The notes under the pieces are model-generated. The model did no database searches, was not told the DNA's origin, and saw nothing but the letters and a program-made list of their open reading frames with translations. Below, piece by piece: positions 12,051 to 25,870 of a stretch of 64,000 nucleotides of DNA. The stretch's first letter is position 1, and each line of letters starts with the position of its first letter. This DNA is from Glaucostegus cemiculus (taxonomy: Eukaryota). The DNA lies in the NCBI GenBank assembly GCA_976551045.1, contig CDPCPM010000049.1, positions 5,642,001-5,706,000 of the forward strand. Reading direction: 5' to 3'. The translations under genes and the position numbers were made by a program.

Positions 12051-15000
12051 TCGGGAATCTTGTTTGTGGATGACTTTGTTGATAGTGCGGGTAAATAAGT
12101 TTCTCATCCAAAACGTAAATATTAATCAGCATTTGTAGCGTGAAAGAGAGCGACATTCGTTTTTCCTCATCATTTAGCTGAGCGCTTTGTTGCTGTGTAC
12201 CTGAATTCACACTGTGTTCATATTTACCGATTGAAAGCAAAATCCGTTTGATCCAGCAACCAGCGAGCGGGATGAAATAATGGTTGGCACTTCCCGAACT
12301 GCAGCTGTGCTGTGACTGGTTATTTCAGCTGAATACAATGTGTACAATCTCACATTAAATACAACACTCGTGAAAATGCGCAAGAGATTCTGGGCGAGTT
12401 CGATTCGAGCTTTAAACACATCTCGAGACCCCATCAACTTCCTCTGGAGCTGCTACACATTTTTGTCTGATTCTAGTTCATACCGCAAATTCCCTTGAGT
12501 AAAGGATATGATCACATAGTCTGTGCGTTTGGTCGGGGGCTGTAAATTCACCATTAAAAAATTATGTGAATATGTTTCCTAACATATTGTGAAAATAATC
12601 CATTACTGCTCTTTCAAATGCCCATCAACAGCCACATATTAACATCTAACGTTTCGATGCTTGCTCCTATCAGAACCTCATTGGATCTCACTGTGGAGAA
12701 ACGATTGAACTAAAATCATTCGCTATTGCTAATGTTTTATAAGCCCATTTTAGGGAGAGACACACATAACCCCGTTGACTGATGTTTAAACACAACTCAC
12801 TCATTTCTTTGGCTCCTAAGTGAGCAGAGTAGCACCAAATACTTATGGTAATGAAGGGCCCTGATTTAATTTTGATCGAAGTATAATTGCAAAATGAAGT
12901 TTAATTTCAATCACTTTAGCCTTTGTTAGATGCACCGTGTACAAACATAGATGCAGAAAAAAAAGTGGTTGCTTCAAGAGCAACTTAGGTAATATGATGT
13001 TGGTCTGTTTAAATTGATGAACCAATGTTTTATTTAATGTAGGAAAACTGCGGCTAAGGTATTTATGATATAGATTACAACCAGAGTCTCGATCTAATCG
13101 TTGGTAGCCTGTTTCTGTGCAGTTTTCCGAAGCCTCTTCAATCGCCACATTTGCAGTACGATTCTATTGAACTTGCATTGATGGCTGTGAGAACAGATGG
13201 AAATGAAAATGCACCAACACCCTCCATATGTGTCAATAGCCTGCTTACTCTTAATGCCGTAAATATGACTTGCCCATACAGTATATCGAATTTTAATTTT
13301 AAGTCTAATCTAACATGGGGCAAAAATACCAGAACGTCGAAGATTATGGTTTACAACTTTGAATAATGTGAAGTATGTACAGTATTTCTGATTCCTGCCC
13401 CGTTTTAATCATCAATGGTTATTCGTTGTGTTATTGACTTTTAGGTAATTGAAAAGTTCGTTGTTGAACTTACAAAACTGGGAAAGACGATTCGACCTAA
13501 GGGATCTATACCAGTCCTGTATTTATACTCCACGGAAGCCTCTTCCTTCTCCTCCTACCCCAGCAGCCTGGTCTTCTATTCCATCATCCCTTTTGGTTCG
13601 TCTAGTTTTCCTTTAAATTGCCTGTTATTTGCCTCAACTCCTCTTTGTGTTAAGGAGTTATTAACAGGAACGCGGCAGAATGATGACCGCTAAATGATCC
13701 GATCTCTGAATAAAATTATCACCAAGTGTACATGCCCTTGATTCGGGTCATAATGTAAAAGCTGCAGTGCACATCTTTTTTTAAATATTATGGCCATTTG
13801 GATCAATTCCGATGCTGTTGTAATCTGGTCTATGAAAGTTACTACAAGTTGAGCAGTTGAATTTGATGTTGGCGGATAAACAGTCCTTCGTGACACACGT
13901 GTGGTACCTGACAGTTCTCCCTTCCTGTCAGAAATTACCATGCATTTTGAATCCACACATGTTCATGCAAATGAGTGTGCATCTTCACTTGGTTCCTCCG
14001 TGTGTTCACTGACTGCGATATTTTAAGTGTGATGGGATCAAAAAGAAGCAACGGCAGCAAATGTGATGGTACAGAGCCTATGCGAGGGCTTCACACAGAC
14101 TGCCCAGCAATAGCAGAAAAAATAGATTACCCCAGAGCTAGAGGCTGCTCTGCGGATTATATATTTAAAAAAAACAATAAATAGTTTAAATTAGGGAAAC
14201 ATGCAGGTAATAGTTTCCGGAATTAAAATTTTGCAGAGACCACGACTGCTGTGGCGCAAAACAAGAAGGCATAACTGTAGAACTATTGCGCACACAGAGT
14301 TCCAAATAGGCAGCTGATTAGTTCAAAATGGATAAATTTAGTAAGGGGACAGAGGCAGTCCGCTCTGGAAACAAAAGAGCTCACCATTAACAGAACGGTG
14401 CGGGCGGAATCATTTTTAATAAATCATTAGTTAGGCACAGTTCCCATTCCAGTATGTTCATGGTCCAAATCTGGCTCTCGCCTCAGATTTATTGCCACTT
14501 TGCCAAATTAAATTCAGGTAAATGCTTGTTTCGTCATTTTGTCGGTATAAAGTTACAAAACACGCAAGTAGGTGATTTAAGAAAATGCATCGCATTAGTT
14601 TATAATATTTTATGAACAACTGTAGTCCTTTTATTGTGATTAGTCGATTTACCTCAGCGGAAGTGTCCTACATTGGAATAATTTTGAGAAGTAAAATTAC
14701 GAGGATTGCAACGACGGTGTTGATATCAAAAGAAGTCATTTCATGGTCGGATTCTAATTCCGTACAAACAAATCACTGTAAAGAATCTTATCGCAGAAGC
14801 TCGGGTTATTTGTACATTTACTAACCGATCTTGCAACGTTAATGCAGTTAATTCTTTTTCTCTGGACTGCAGTTGGTGTCTTGAGAGGGAGAGGAGTAAG
14901 AATGTATTTGTTTCAATGCAGTCCCTCTCAAAAAAAAGGGCAAAAGGCCTTCAAACATAGCAATTGTAAATGTCCCGAGGTAGAAAACTGTATATATGCA

Positions 15001-18000
15001 GCCTTTTAACAGACCTTGAAACGGCGCCATATAGTACAACTTGGAATGGCGCTGCAGTAATGTACAACACAATGATGCGAGTGCAGGAACCATCACTAAG
15101 TATATTCTTTTGTCAGTGCTTTGTAATTGAAGTGCTTCCAGTTCAACTGCATTGTCAGCTTAAAAAATGCGCTAGTACACTAATGGGCTATCCATAGATT
15201 CAGAAACTGGGGCAGAAAAGTTGTTTGAGATATAAGGTATTATTGATGTTGGTGATGTTTTCTGGTGCGGATGTAATTGCGCTGTTTCTCGACAGCCATC
15301 AACAATATATAACATTTCGGTGATTCAAACTCTATTTGTTTTCTTCTGCTGCGGCCTCGTACTGTGAGACACTGTCAACAATCCCTTGTGTCAGACGTAA
15401 TATCAAAGCCCACTTTTCTACTCTATGCTCTTCTAGAAAAGTAACCGATAATGTGCCGAGTGCATGTGATAGCTCTTCAGGTGTTTAATTGTTAACAAGG
15501 AGAAGCGGCAGATGAACGTCGTGTTAACTCTACATTAAGAGACCAGGCATAATAGCGTTTTAATGCAAGAGGATCCTGGTCCACCAATTTGACTGTGTTG
15601 TATTCACAGCACGTTACCCGGAGAAATGGTGTTTGGCTGGGTGTAAATACGTTTTCAATTTAGTGGTAAATGAATTGCTGAAACGCTACATTGAAGGGAA
15701 TGGTTTGAGAAGTTTTAGAGTCATTGTTGAAATCGACCTACACAAAACGTACAGTAAAATAAACGGGCGCAAAAAAAATTCTAATATTATGAGATCACGC
15801 TTAATAAAATTCTTCGTTATTATTTCATTATTACCCTCCTTAATTTGCAATCCTCGTTTATTTTCCATAATTAAGTCGCTAATTTGAGAACGTGATGTCT
15901 TGACATATGCCATTAATATAAATGATTGTCAGTATATCCGCCCACACGTCAAACCAATCCTTACAGGCTCGTGTATATCTCACTAAAACTAAGGTCATTT
16001 AACTTTATCAAACACAAAGCAATTGTAGAATGAAAATAGGGAATGCTGGAAATGCAGGTCACGTTGATATTTCCAGTATTTTCCCTTCAGATGGAACACT
16101 GCGGATGTTAGAGATTCGAAGTCCGTATATTTGATGTGCAGTTGTAGAATTTATAAGGGGTGATGTGCTTTATGTGACGCAAATGCACCTAAAATCGTTC
16201 CACGAGAAACCGACCTATCGTTTATTCGGTGTTTAGCTGAGCAGAGGAGGAATTGAAGAGAAATCTGCACTACCCGTGGTGCACAATATGCAAAGAATGC
16301 AAGAAGCAACTAGCCCGTAGCTCCTCCAACCACGCAGCGCCTTTTAACTACACCCCCCACCCCTTTTGGGTTGTTTTAACTGACTGCGTCTAACAGCCAT
16401 GAATCCGTGAGAAATTATCATGATTCTAGTTACAACAGATGCTGAAAACTTTTCAGATACATTTATGATTTTTTTTAATGAACTATAATTTCCTCCCATT
16501 TTTCTCGCTACTGGGTTTGATTCAATCAGAACATTCCGAAGCCCTTGTTTTATGCTCCGCTCGAGAGTGGTTCAAGCTTGCTTTACTGCAGACTGAATTT
16601 ACCGTTTGGTTTTAGTTTATTTAACCGCACCAATTAAAGTTTGTCTTCTCTTGCACGCCGTGCCTGGGATGGACGTTTTTGCAATAAAGTCAACCAATTT
16701 TAGGCGTTTTCTTTTTGCTTCTTCTCCTAATTATGCACTTTACGCGTTAATTGGACACTCAAATAAAACCACCCTGAAAGTGCACCGCGGTCCAAAGTGG
16801 ACATCAGAAAACCTTTGTTGGATTTTTTCTTTTATAACCCGTGGGACGCGTTTCAGTCGGGATAAAACGGAATACTTGTTTAAATGCAAAATAAGTGATA
16901 TCAAATTGCTACCCTCTCGTGTATAATTATTTGCCCTTTTAAACAATTGTCGAGGCTTATATTATCCAATTCCGTCAAAAAAGGACACTACATTGCAGAA
17001 GATAAAAGGCGTAAATTAATACAAGGGATTGATCTTTTTTTCAAATTATATTGAATTATGTAGGAAACTCATTATCACAACAGTATTATTCAATTACGCA
17101 TTGTGTACAACATTTTAGACGGGAGCAAAACGTTCTTCTGAGTTGATTGGATATTTCGGTCGCTGTGTGCTGGTTGACCAATTTATGTGGAGCTTTACCC
17201 TGTTTGTGCCATCCTTTTATTTTCAAAACACAGCCAAATGAAATTCGAACGCGCCAAAGGGGAAGAAAAAGTTATTTCATAAATTAAATATGCATTGCAC
17301 CCTCAAAACAAACGAAATTCAAATGAAAACAGTGATGCAACATTTGTGAAAACGCGACAGAAACAATTACACATAAGCTGTTTCTGCAGCTGAAATGTGG
17401 TAACGGGCTTTAATTAAGGATTGTTCGTTTTGTTAATAAGCGTTTCTGGTCCTGTTAAAGTTGCCAGGTGTTAAGCGATAGACTGTCAGCGATGTTGAAC
17501 GCGTGTGAAAGGTACAGAGGCCGGAACAAGTAACGTATAATAAGAATTGAGCTGGCAAGGAGGTTGAGGCTGATTGTGTCTGGTCTTGTTTTAAAATCGC
17601 TGTCTGGAATGTAACACACATTATTCCGATTATAATCAAGGCGTTGAAAGATCACGTTGGAAATCTAGCTTTTTTTCCCGCGTGGAATTCCCACAGATTT
17701 CTGCAATTTAGCGGCCATCTGTTTCCAGACGTGTGCGTGACATCACGCTGAATAAACGAGGTGAACAGGGCATCGAGAAAACAGTTTACATCTCGATGTG
17801 GAGTCTAAAGGAGGAAATGGCAAGGAAAATACTTACGCATTATTTATTTTAAATAATTCAACTCAAGCTTGCAAACTGTAATTTTGGAATCAGCTTCGAT
17901 TTTTATAAATTCCCCTGTGCTGAAGGGGCCGCCAGCTTCGAACACATTCCCAGTGCAAGCAGAATGTCAAAGGCTGAAGTCACCAAACGTTGCCTGGACC

Positions 18001-18875
18001 AAGTGGAGAAAACGCAACGACCCCAGGGCGATATCTGGAATACAAGCAACATTTACTCCACTGCACACTAATCCTCTAATAAATTTTGGAACTTTTAATA
18101 TGATTAATTAGGTAGATCACCAGTAAATAGTGGATACCACAGAAGGGGGGGGGGGTGCCTGGTGCCCAAGATGTACCTATTACCCTAGGCGCAAATAGAT
18201 GGTGATGATATTCAATGATAAATACTCGTAAATGCAGTTCTGCCGCACACTAACACAATCTACTCAGAACATGTGTTCAGTTATAACTAACGGGCTGGAT
18301 TTCTGACGTCGCTGCTCTCACTCACTCCAGTTACTGATTCATGATCGTTATTACAGAATAATCAGCTACCATTTCATGTTAACAAGACTCTTCTCGAAGC
18401 TTAACCTTGAAATTACGCTACGAAACACGGATACTCACATTTTAATTGTGAATTTAATTATCGATCTGCAGAGACAATTTGATTCGAAGTACAGAGCAAT
18501 GACTGAATTACTGCTCCAATTTAGCACCGCCACATACCACATTTTCTTTCATCAAATCAGTCGTATCTTCACACACACTGCAGTCTCACTGTGCATTGTG
18601 GTTTGTTCACACGTAGCACACAATATGTAAAATTGTAACAAGTTGAACCAGCGGTATGGAAATTGTATGTTAAAAGCCTGAAATTGAATGGGGATTTCTT
18701 TTCGATTGGCCAACACCAGCGGCCGTATGATGTAGAGTATTCCTACTAAACAGATGGAGAGATTAGGAAAGCCAGCGTGAACCTGACCTGGGGGTGGTTT
18801 ATTTTGCTGTTGCTGTTTAGCTCGCCCGCTTGTTTCGTTTTGGGTGAGGACATTGCACAATAAATGCACAATTCA

Positions 18876-19107
18876 GGCGGCGCCGTGGAACTGGTGCCAC
18901 ACGGCCTCAGAGACCCGGGTTCTATCCTGATCTCCGGTGCTGCCCACGTGGAGTTAGCACGTCCTCCCTGTGATCGCGTATTCCAAGAGAATGCAGGATG
19001 GTAATTAGTGAGGGAGCGATGGAACCTAGGGCTGGGGGTTGAGGAACAAAATGAGTGCTTCGGATTCCGTGGGCCGAAGGGCCTGTTTGTGCTCTATGAC
19101 TTTATGA
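18876..19107 (+). mobile_element. tRNA-derived V-SINE (HE1-like), internally deleted
   Basis: B-box-like gggttctatcc, gtggagttagcacgtcctccctgtg and a CR1-type tail gggccgaagggcctgtttgtgctctatgac. Confidence 0.75.
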
Positions 19108-19234
19108 ATGTCTACCGTGTCTGCTTACACCTAGACAAGAGCTGGCCTCCCCTACGCGGATTGGACTCCTACATTCAGGAGTTTGCATTGTAACTCTTTT
19201 ATGGTGCATATAATTTCCTGCAGATTCCTTCAGA

Positions 19235-19855
19235 TGTTTTAGGAGGCCATTCTGTTTAAAAAAGAGCTCACTATCCTATCCTCAGAGCAATGTCCACAAC
19301 CTTGTAGGTCACAGCTCCTAAAATACACAGAAAAGAACTTAGATGTAATGAGAGTTTTTGCCTTTGGTGCTCTTTCAGGCAGTGAGTTCCAGATGGCCAC
19401 CATGCTCTGTGTGATTTTCCCCTCTAGTCTCATCCTTCTACCAATTACTTTCCGTGCCCTTTGCTCAGAGAAATAAGTCCTTCCTATGTGCCTTACCTTG
19501 GCCTTCATAATTTAATAAACCTTATTTAAGTCTCCCTTTAGGCTTTGTTCCAAAGAAAACAACTTCAGCCTGCCCAACCTTTCCTCAACAACAAAAAAAA
19601 ACATCTCCTCTGTAGCCTCTCCAATGAAACCACACTGTTCCTGTGATGTGGTGTCCAGAACTGTGCAGAGAACTCAAGCTGTGGTCCAACCAGTGTTGTT
19701 CCAGTGTTACCTCCCTTCTGAAATTCTAGGCCCCACTAATAAAAGAACACAACCTATATGTGCTTTTAAACACCAGATTGACTTGCCCTGTTACTTCCTT
19801 TACCAATCTGTGGTAGACATTCCAAGGTTACTCTGTTCATTCAATGCCTTCCCAT
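19235..19855 (-). mobile_element. CR1 LINE fragment (3' part)
   Basis: Minus-strand translation includes VAIWNSLPERAPKAKTLIT, typical of the CR1 ORF2 C-terminus. Confidence 0.75.
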
Positions 19856-20429
19856 TTTTGTTTTCATATTTATGGATCGGGTACAGCAGGAAAAGGAGGC
19901 TGTTCAGGCCATCAAATACATGTCCACTTCATGCAAGAGCAATCTAGCTCGTCCCACATCCCAGAGTTTTCTGTTGTGCCACAATTTTTTGTAAATGTTG
20001 CATATAATGCAGTTATCAGCTTTTTACAAGCAGGATTATTATTGCTCTTTCTAATTCACTGTAACTTGCATCACAAGGAAGACTGGCTCCGTAGCAAACA
20101 GCAAAGATGGAGCAGTTTCAAACTAACAGCCTTTTCTCACCATGAGAAATATGCATCCAAATGGCTGTTCTACAGATACATTTTAAGAAGGAAACTGAAA
20201 GTGTTTCATTGACCTGCAAGTTAAGAGAATCACAAAGCTAAATTAGGTGAAAAAATGAATTAGTAGCAGGTAAAAAAATCATTTGTTTCCCAATGCTGTT
20301 TGCAAAAGACATTAGAATATCATATAATAACATCAGCAATCAAATGACCAGAGAAATGTTATAAAGTCCAAATAAGGGCTGATAATGAAAAAACAAGTAG
20401 TGTCGAGAGCTGCTCTGTGGTGATAGGAG

Positions 20430-21010
20430 TATAAATACTCTTGCCTTGCTGTACATCTCCAGATTCATCACTTCACATTTCTTTGGGTTGAATACCATTT
20501 GCTCAGCTGACCAGATCATCTCTAATTTCTTGCAGTCTAAAGCTTTCCTCCTCATTGGAAACCAGGTGCCAATCTAGTATCATCGGCAAACTTCTTTATC
20601 TTCCTTCCTGCATTGATGTCTCAGGAAAAAAACAAGGGACTGAGGACTGTGCCCAATGGAACACAACTAGTAACAGCATGCCAAGCAGAACAACTATCTA
20701 TAAATCATTATTCTTTGTTTTCTGCACTGAACCAATCTTGAATCCAATTTGCCACCTTCTCTTGGATTGCACAAGCTTTCATGTTGTGACCAATTTGCTA
20801 TGCAAACCTTGCTAAAATCTGTGCTCAACAGTGTCCTGATCAACTCTCCTCATTACCACATCAAAAAGCTCAATCAATTTGGTCAGACATGACCTTCCCT
20901 TAACAGATCCATGTTGATAGTCATTAATTATTTTGGAGCTTTATAATTAAATGTTTATACCGTTTCTTAGAATTGATTCCAATAAGTTGCCCAGCACCAA
21001 ATTTAAACTT
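20430..21010 (-). mobile_element. CR1 LINE fragment (RT region)
   Basis: Minus-strand QMVFNPKKCEVM, KFADD (catcggcaaactt on +) and GRSCL (agacatgaccttcc) remnants. Confidence 0.75.
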
Positions 21011-24000
21011 CAGTTGAGCTGAATGTCAGCCCATGATTTCAGATGCAATTCAGTCCTGTGTTTGTTGACTAATGTTACACTCCAATACTAGTCTGAGACT
21101 ATTACCGAATTTTTATTTATTTATCCAGATCAAATGCATTCTGCACATATTGACACACTTTCCAATGAGCAATTAAAAAAACTAATAATTATTGTTACAG
21201 ACAAATCAATTCCAGTTCCATCATGCTATTCAATTCCAGCATTACTGAATTAAAGACTTTGTCAAGTCACTGAATAATTTATAATTCAACCTCATCTGGG
21301 CTAGAAATGTTATTCAATTAGCCTAACAATCTGATTAAATTCACTTTAGCATCCCATCTAGCTTTATGTTACTGAATTAGACACAGGCATTCTATGTTTC
21401 TGGAGTTCATCTGCCTGTGAACAGTGATGAACTATCTATTATTTTCATAGGTTGCAGCAATTTCTCTCCATATCAGATACTGAAAACTCAATAACTAGTT
21501 TCCCCTCAAGACCCCATCCTATTTCTTAATTTCAACTCATCTAGCCTCAGGGCTTAAAGTCTATACCATGGGAACTCAGTTCACTGACTGTTCACAGTTA
21601 GAGAAAGGAAATCAATCAATCAGCCCAACCACAGGTAATGTGTGAAAATACTTTCTGAGATGCCTGTAACGGTCTTGTAGTCCTGGGATAACCAGGTTAA
21701 CTTCACGTTCAAACTCTGCCCACTCTGATTCCACAAATTAACTTTGAAAAGTTCCTCTAACATTGTCATGATATAATTTGATAATCTCTGAGCACTCACA
21801 CTAATCGAACTACACCTGAAGAACAGGAAGCTGTCATGGGTACAAGCTCAAAAGATATTCATTGCTGAGGTTTGATGTTGTTCAAATGCTGGCTAAGATT
21901 TTCTGGTTGTATCACACCATTTAATTCAGTTGCTTGAAGTTCAAGGTTGACCCTAACCATGGTGGAAAATGGAAATAAATTTAGTAAGTAACATACTCAC
22001 AAAATGCATGAAATAAATCATATTAAAACATTAGTAGTTCCTTCCTAACTTTCATGCATTGACCCAAGATAACAGAGAATGTCAAACATAAGCAATAGTT
22101 CATGTTATTGCAGATACTGATGTTTCTTTTTAATTCATCTTCTAAATGCATAATTGAAACAGATTATCATTTCAAATATTTTAAAATTATAAAATGGGAC
22201 CAATTTTTGAGCTTATAAGTTAACCAGCCACATTAATTCAGAATCTTATGACTATATATCAAGCACACAACTAACTGTACTATTCCATTTTTAATGGAAC
22301 TATTTCTACCTGGGACTTCAGGAAAATTAAAATTTAATAGCTTTCCATAGCAATATGAATGCACCATTATCTTCTGTTGGCAAGGGTTGAATTTGCAACT
22401 AAACGAAATATATGAGATACACCAGTAAAAAATAGATCTTAAGTTGGTGGTCACTGCAAAACAACAATCTTTAAAAAAAAATAAGTAAAGCTAACCAGCT
22501 GCACTAATTTCTTTAGTTTTAATAACACTGTTCTAAAGATGACAACACCAATACTAAATGACAGATCTATATTTCATTACCATTTCATGAGTGTTCATCA
22601 TATTAAATCTGGGTGAGGCTGAGGATTCAAATAGCCACATTTGGGAAAAGTCTCCTCTGAATGGAAATTTGAAAAGGGAGGATACAACAAATGATCTGCG
22701 ACCTGAAGAGATTAGCACTCACTGCACTTTCTTGATAATCCTCCTATACTGCAGTTCTTTGGTGTTATGGGCTGAATATGGAATATAGTGGTCTCACCAT
22801 GAACTAGCAACTCTCACCTTCAAGACAAAGTGGACTACTGGGACAAAGTAATGTTAGGAGGTGAGGACAAATTGTGACATTCATCATTGTAATTACAAGT
22901 AAATACTAATGTTTGTTAACTAAATAAATTTCAAAATAAAGGCAATTTAAATGTTGCCTTGTTTTTGACATTAATTTACTTAATCAACATTAGTATCTAT
23001 TTTCCATGAACTTGAGTTTGGCCATTAGTAAGATTTTTCTTTTTGGAGCTCAGGGATGACCACTTCTGTCTTTCTCCGCTATTAACAAGAACATATTTCT
23101 TATCAGTAGTTAATGCATAAAGTAGATTATGTGACCAGGTCAGTCTAGTTTCACAGATACTATGGTTCAAGCAATTCAATAGCTTTACCACACCAGCTGT
23201 TTCTTTAACTCAGAGTAGACGATATCAATTTAAAGCATGTTGCATTTTGGATGAAATTCCAGTCCTCATTTCTCAATGTCAACACAGTAGTCCCTCCTTA
23301 AAGCCAACCCTCACTCTCTGAAGTTGTTTAATAACACACCTGTAAGGAGCTGTGGGGTTCTTTTCCTGAAATAAAGGTGATAACTGGGAAAGTTAATGCT
23401 TGAAATTGTTGTTCATCACCAATTAATCTTGTAAATCAGGAGAAATACCTTTATATCTAAAGCCCTTTGACTGTGAATGAAGTAGGATTCTTTTTTGTTG
23501 GGAAGATTAATGTAGATGAGAGAGGGGGTAAAAAAGAGATGGTAACTGGGGAAAGCTGGAGGAACTTCATGTGAAGTTTGAACACCAAAACCATATATTC
23601 TGAAAAGTCAGTCTCTATACAAGATCATCAAGAATGGAGGGTTGGAAAAGTGACGGAGAGTGCTTTTGTGAATGGATAGAATCAAAGATAAGGTTAGGAG
23701 GGCAACTGCAAAGCACTCTCCAACCTGTTTTCACCTCTGATGTTTGGTGATGGGTTGATGACACCGTGAAATGGGGCAGTCTTGGGCAAATCTACATGCT
23801 GTGGGACCAGTGGTGCACAGGGGCAGACATCAAACTCAAGCAATACAGCAATCTTAGAGAGTTCACTTGTCAGGGGAGCAGTCACAGATGGTATAAATGT
23901 CACCTGTTCCATATTTTGAATGTTTTCTTGTTGCCAAGGAAAAGGCATTACTGAGAAGTGTGCCAGTCTCTTTACTGAGAGATTGGGCTGGGGAATGTGG

Positions 24001-24489
24001 GAGGGGGAATACTAAGAATTACGACCAAAGTGAACCAATATTATAGGAATGAAAAGAGTTCTCTCACAGTTAGGGCATCAATAGGTCTGGAGACAGTTAA
24101 ATAGCAGAATTACAAAATGATGTCTGGATTACTCCCAAGGTCACATGATAGGAACAGCAGGATAAACTAGTTTAATGCCTGCTCGAGTGTAGTTTAGATT
24201 AAAAGCATTGTAAAGTTATCCCAGCTGAATCGCATACTTCTTGCCCAAACTGAGAATGTAGTAAGGATAAACACAAAGCAACTCTCATTCACACTGCAAT
24301 CAAAGGTGGAGAGTACAAAATGATGCAATAAAGCTGCAAAAATAAGAACTCCAAGTAATAAAATATCTGAATAAAAAATTCTGATTGATGTCACATTCTC
24401 TTCAGCAGACATGGGAAGCAATGCTCTAGCTCATCACTGTGGATGGGATTTGGTTCAGATACATTTTAGCAGTGGCTGGGATAGTGAAA

Positions 24490-24850
24490 CGGATATGTCA
24501 CTGGGAGACTAAAAGTCCAAGGACTGCATGTTCAAATCTCATCATAGAAGTTTGAAAATTTTAAATCCGCTTCAAAAATCATTTAATTAAAAAAATTGAT
24601 ACAAATGAAAAAAGTGGCCATGAAAGTTTTTAAACCTAAATAGCTTGCTAACATCTTCTAAGGAAGGAAATTTGCAAATCTAGCATATTTATTACAGCAG
24701 CCCCATAATGTCATTGATTCTTACTGTCTCTCTGTGGTCACTTAGAAAGGTAGTTTTTTTGGCCTGCCAACACTTTTCTGGAGTAATTAACAATGGACCA
24801 TGAATGACAGTTGTCATTGATGCCACAAGAATACATTTTTTTTTGTTAAT
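24490..24850 (+). mobile_element. Old tRNA-derived SINE (decayed)
   Basis: B-box-like tgttcaaatctc and aaggaaggaaatttgc core; related decayed copy at 52110-52280. Confidence 0.5.
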
Positions 24851-25584
24851 TCTATGGAATATCCAACAATTGATAAAATTCATTGTGCATTGTTCTTTTT
24901 AATTGTGCTGTTATTTTATGTGGCTGTTCATCCAACTGAAGCAATGCTCTATAGATCTTTCCTATGGATTTTTTTTGTTTATGATGAAATTCATATTGGC
25001 TCAGTAGAGACATTTTCCTGGCACGCCACTTCGAAGAATTGGGTTGATTCAATGCTGGTTCTGACATAATTGTAGTGTAAAATGATTCAGTATACTTATA
25101 ATGGTTAAAACTACAATTGAATGGAGTATGCAGGTATTTAACAGGCTAAACAAGTACATCCTGTTCACATCCAAATGCATAGGACATCTCTTGCCTTGTA
25201 CACAAACATTTGACTTGTCTGCACGCAAATTTATAAGATGCAGGTAGTATTAGTCATTAAATTGAGTCAATATTTTTCAGGAGCATTTAAAATGCCCCAA
25301 ATGATCTTCATGTTTTTAAGTGAGACTCCTCTGCCTGTGTCATTTTGAATAAGAAACACCTCTATACACACATACCTGCCATCTAGTGTTCTCAGGCATA
25401 CGTAATCATGCAACCACATTGCATATTATTCTGTGGAACAGTGCATGATCTAGGTCTTTTATTCATAAATTTCCCCATTAATTTTCTATTTCTTCAATTT
25501 CCAAAACTTCCTAAATTAATCTGAAAGATATCATGAACACAATGAGTTCTGAGAATACTTTCTGAGGTCATGTTCAATTGAAGT

Positions 25585-25870
25585 TACTGCTAAAGGACAG
25601 AGGTTTAGGATAAAGGGTAAAAGATTTAGAAGGAATCTGAGAAAGAAGCCTTTCACCCAGAAGGTGATTATAATCTGGAACACACTGTCTGAAGGTATGG
25701 TGGAGACAGGTACACTCACAACATTTAAGAAATTTCTAGACGAGCACTTTAAATTGCTGAGGCATTGAAGACCACAGAACAAGAGCTGGTAAATGATATG
25801 ATGATCAGCATAAACATGGTAGGTCAAAGGACCTGTTTCTGTGCTCTGACTCTACAAGTTCATGACTCTT
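25585..25870 (+). mobile_element. CR1 LINE 3' end
   Basis: KGQRFRIKGKRFRRNLRKKPFTQKVIIIWNTLSEGMVE followed by a 3' UTR with a gactct tail. Confidence 0.8.
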
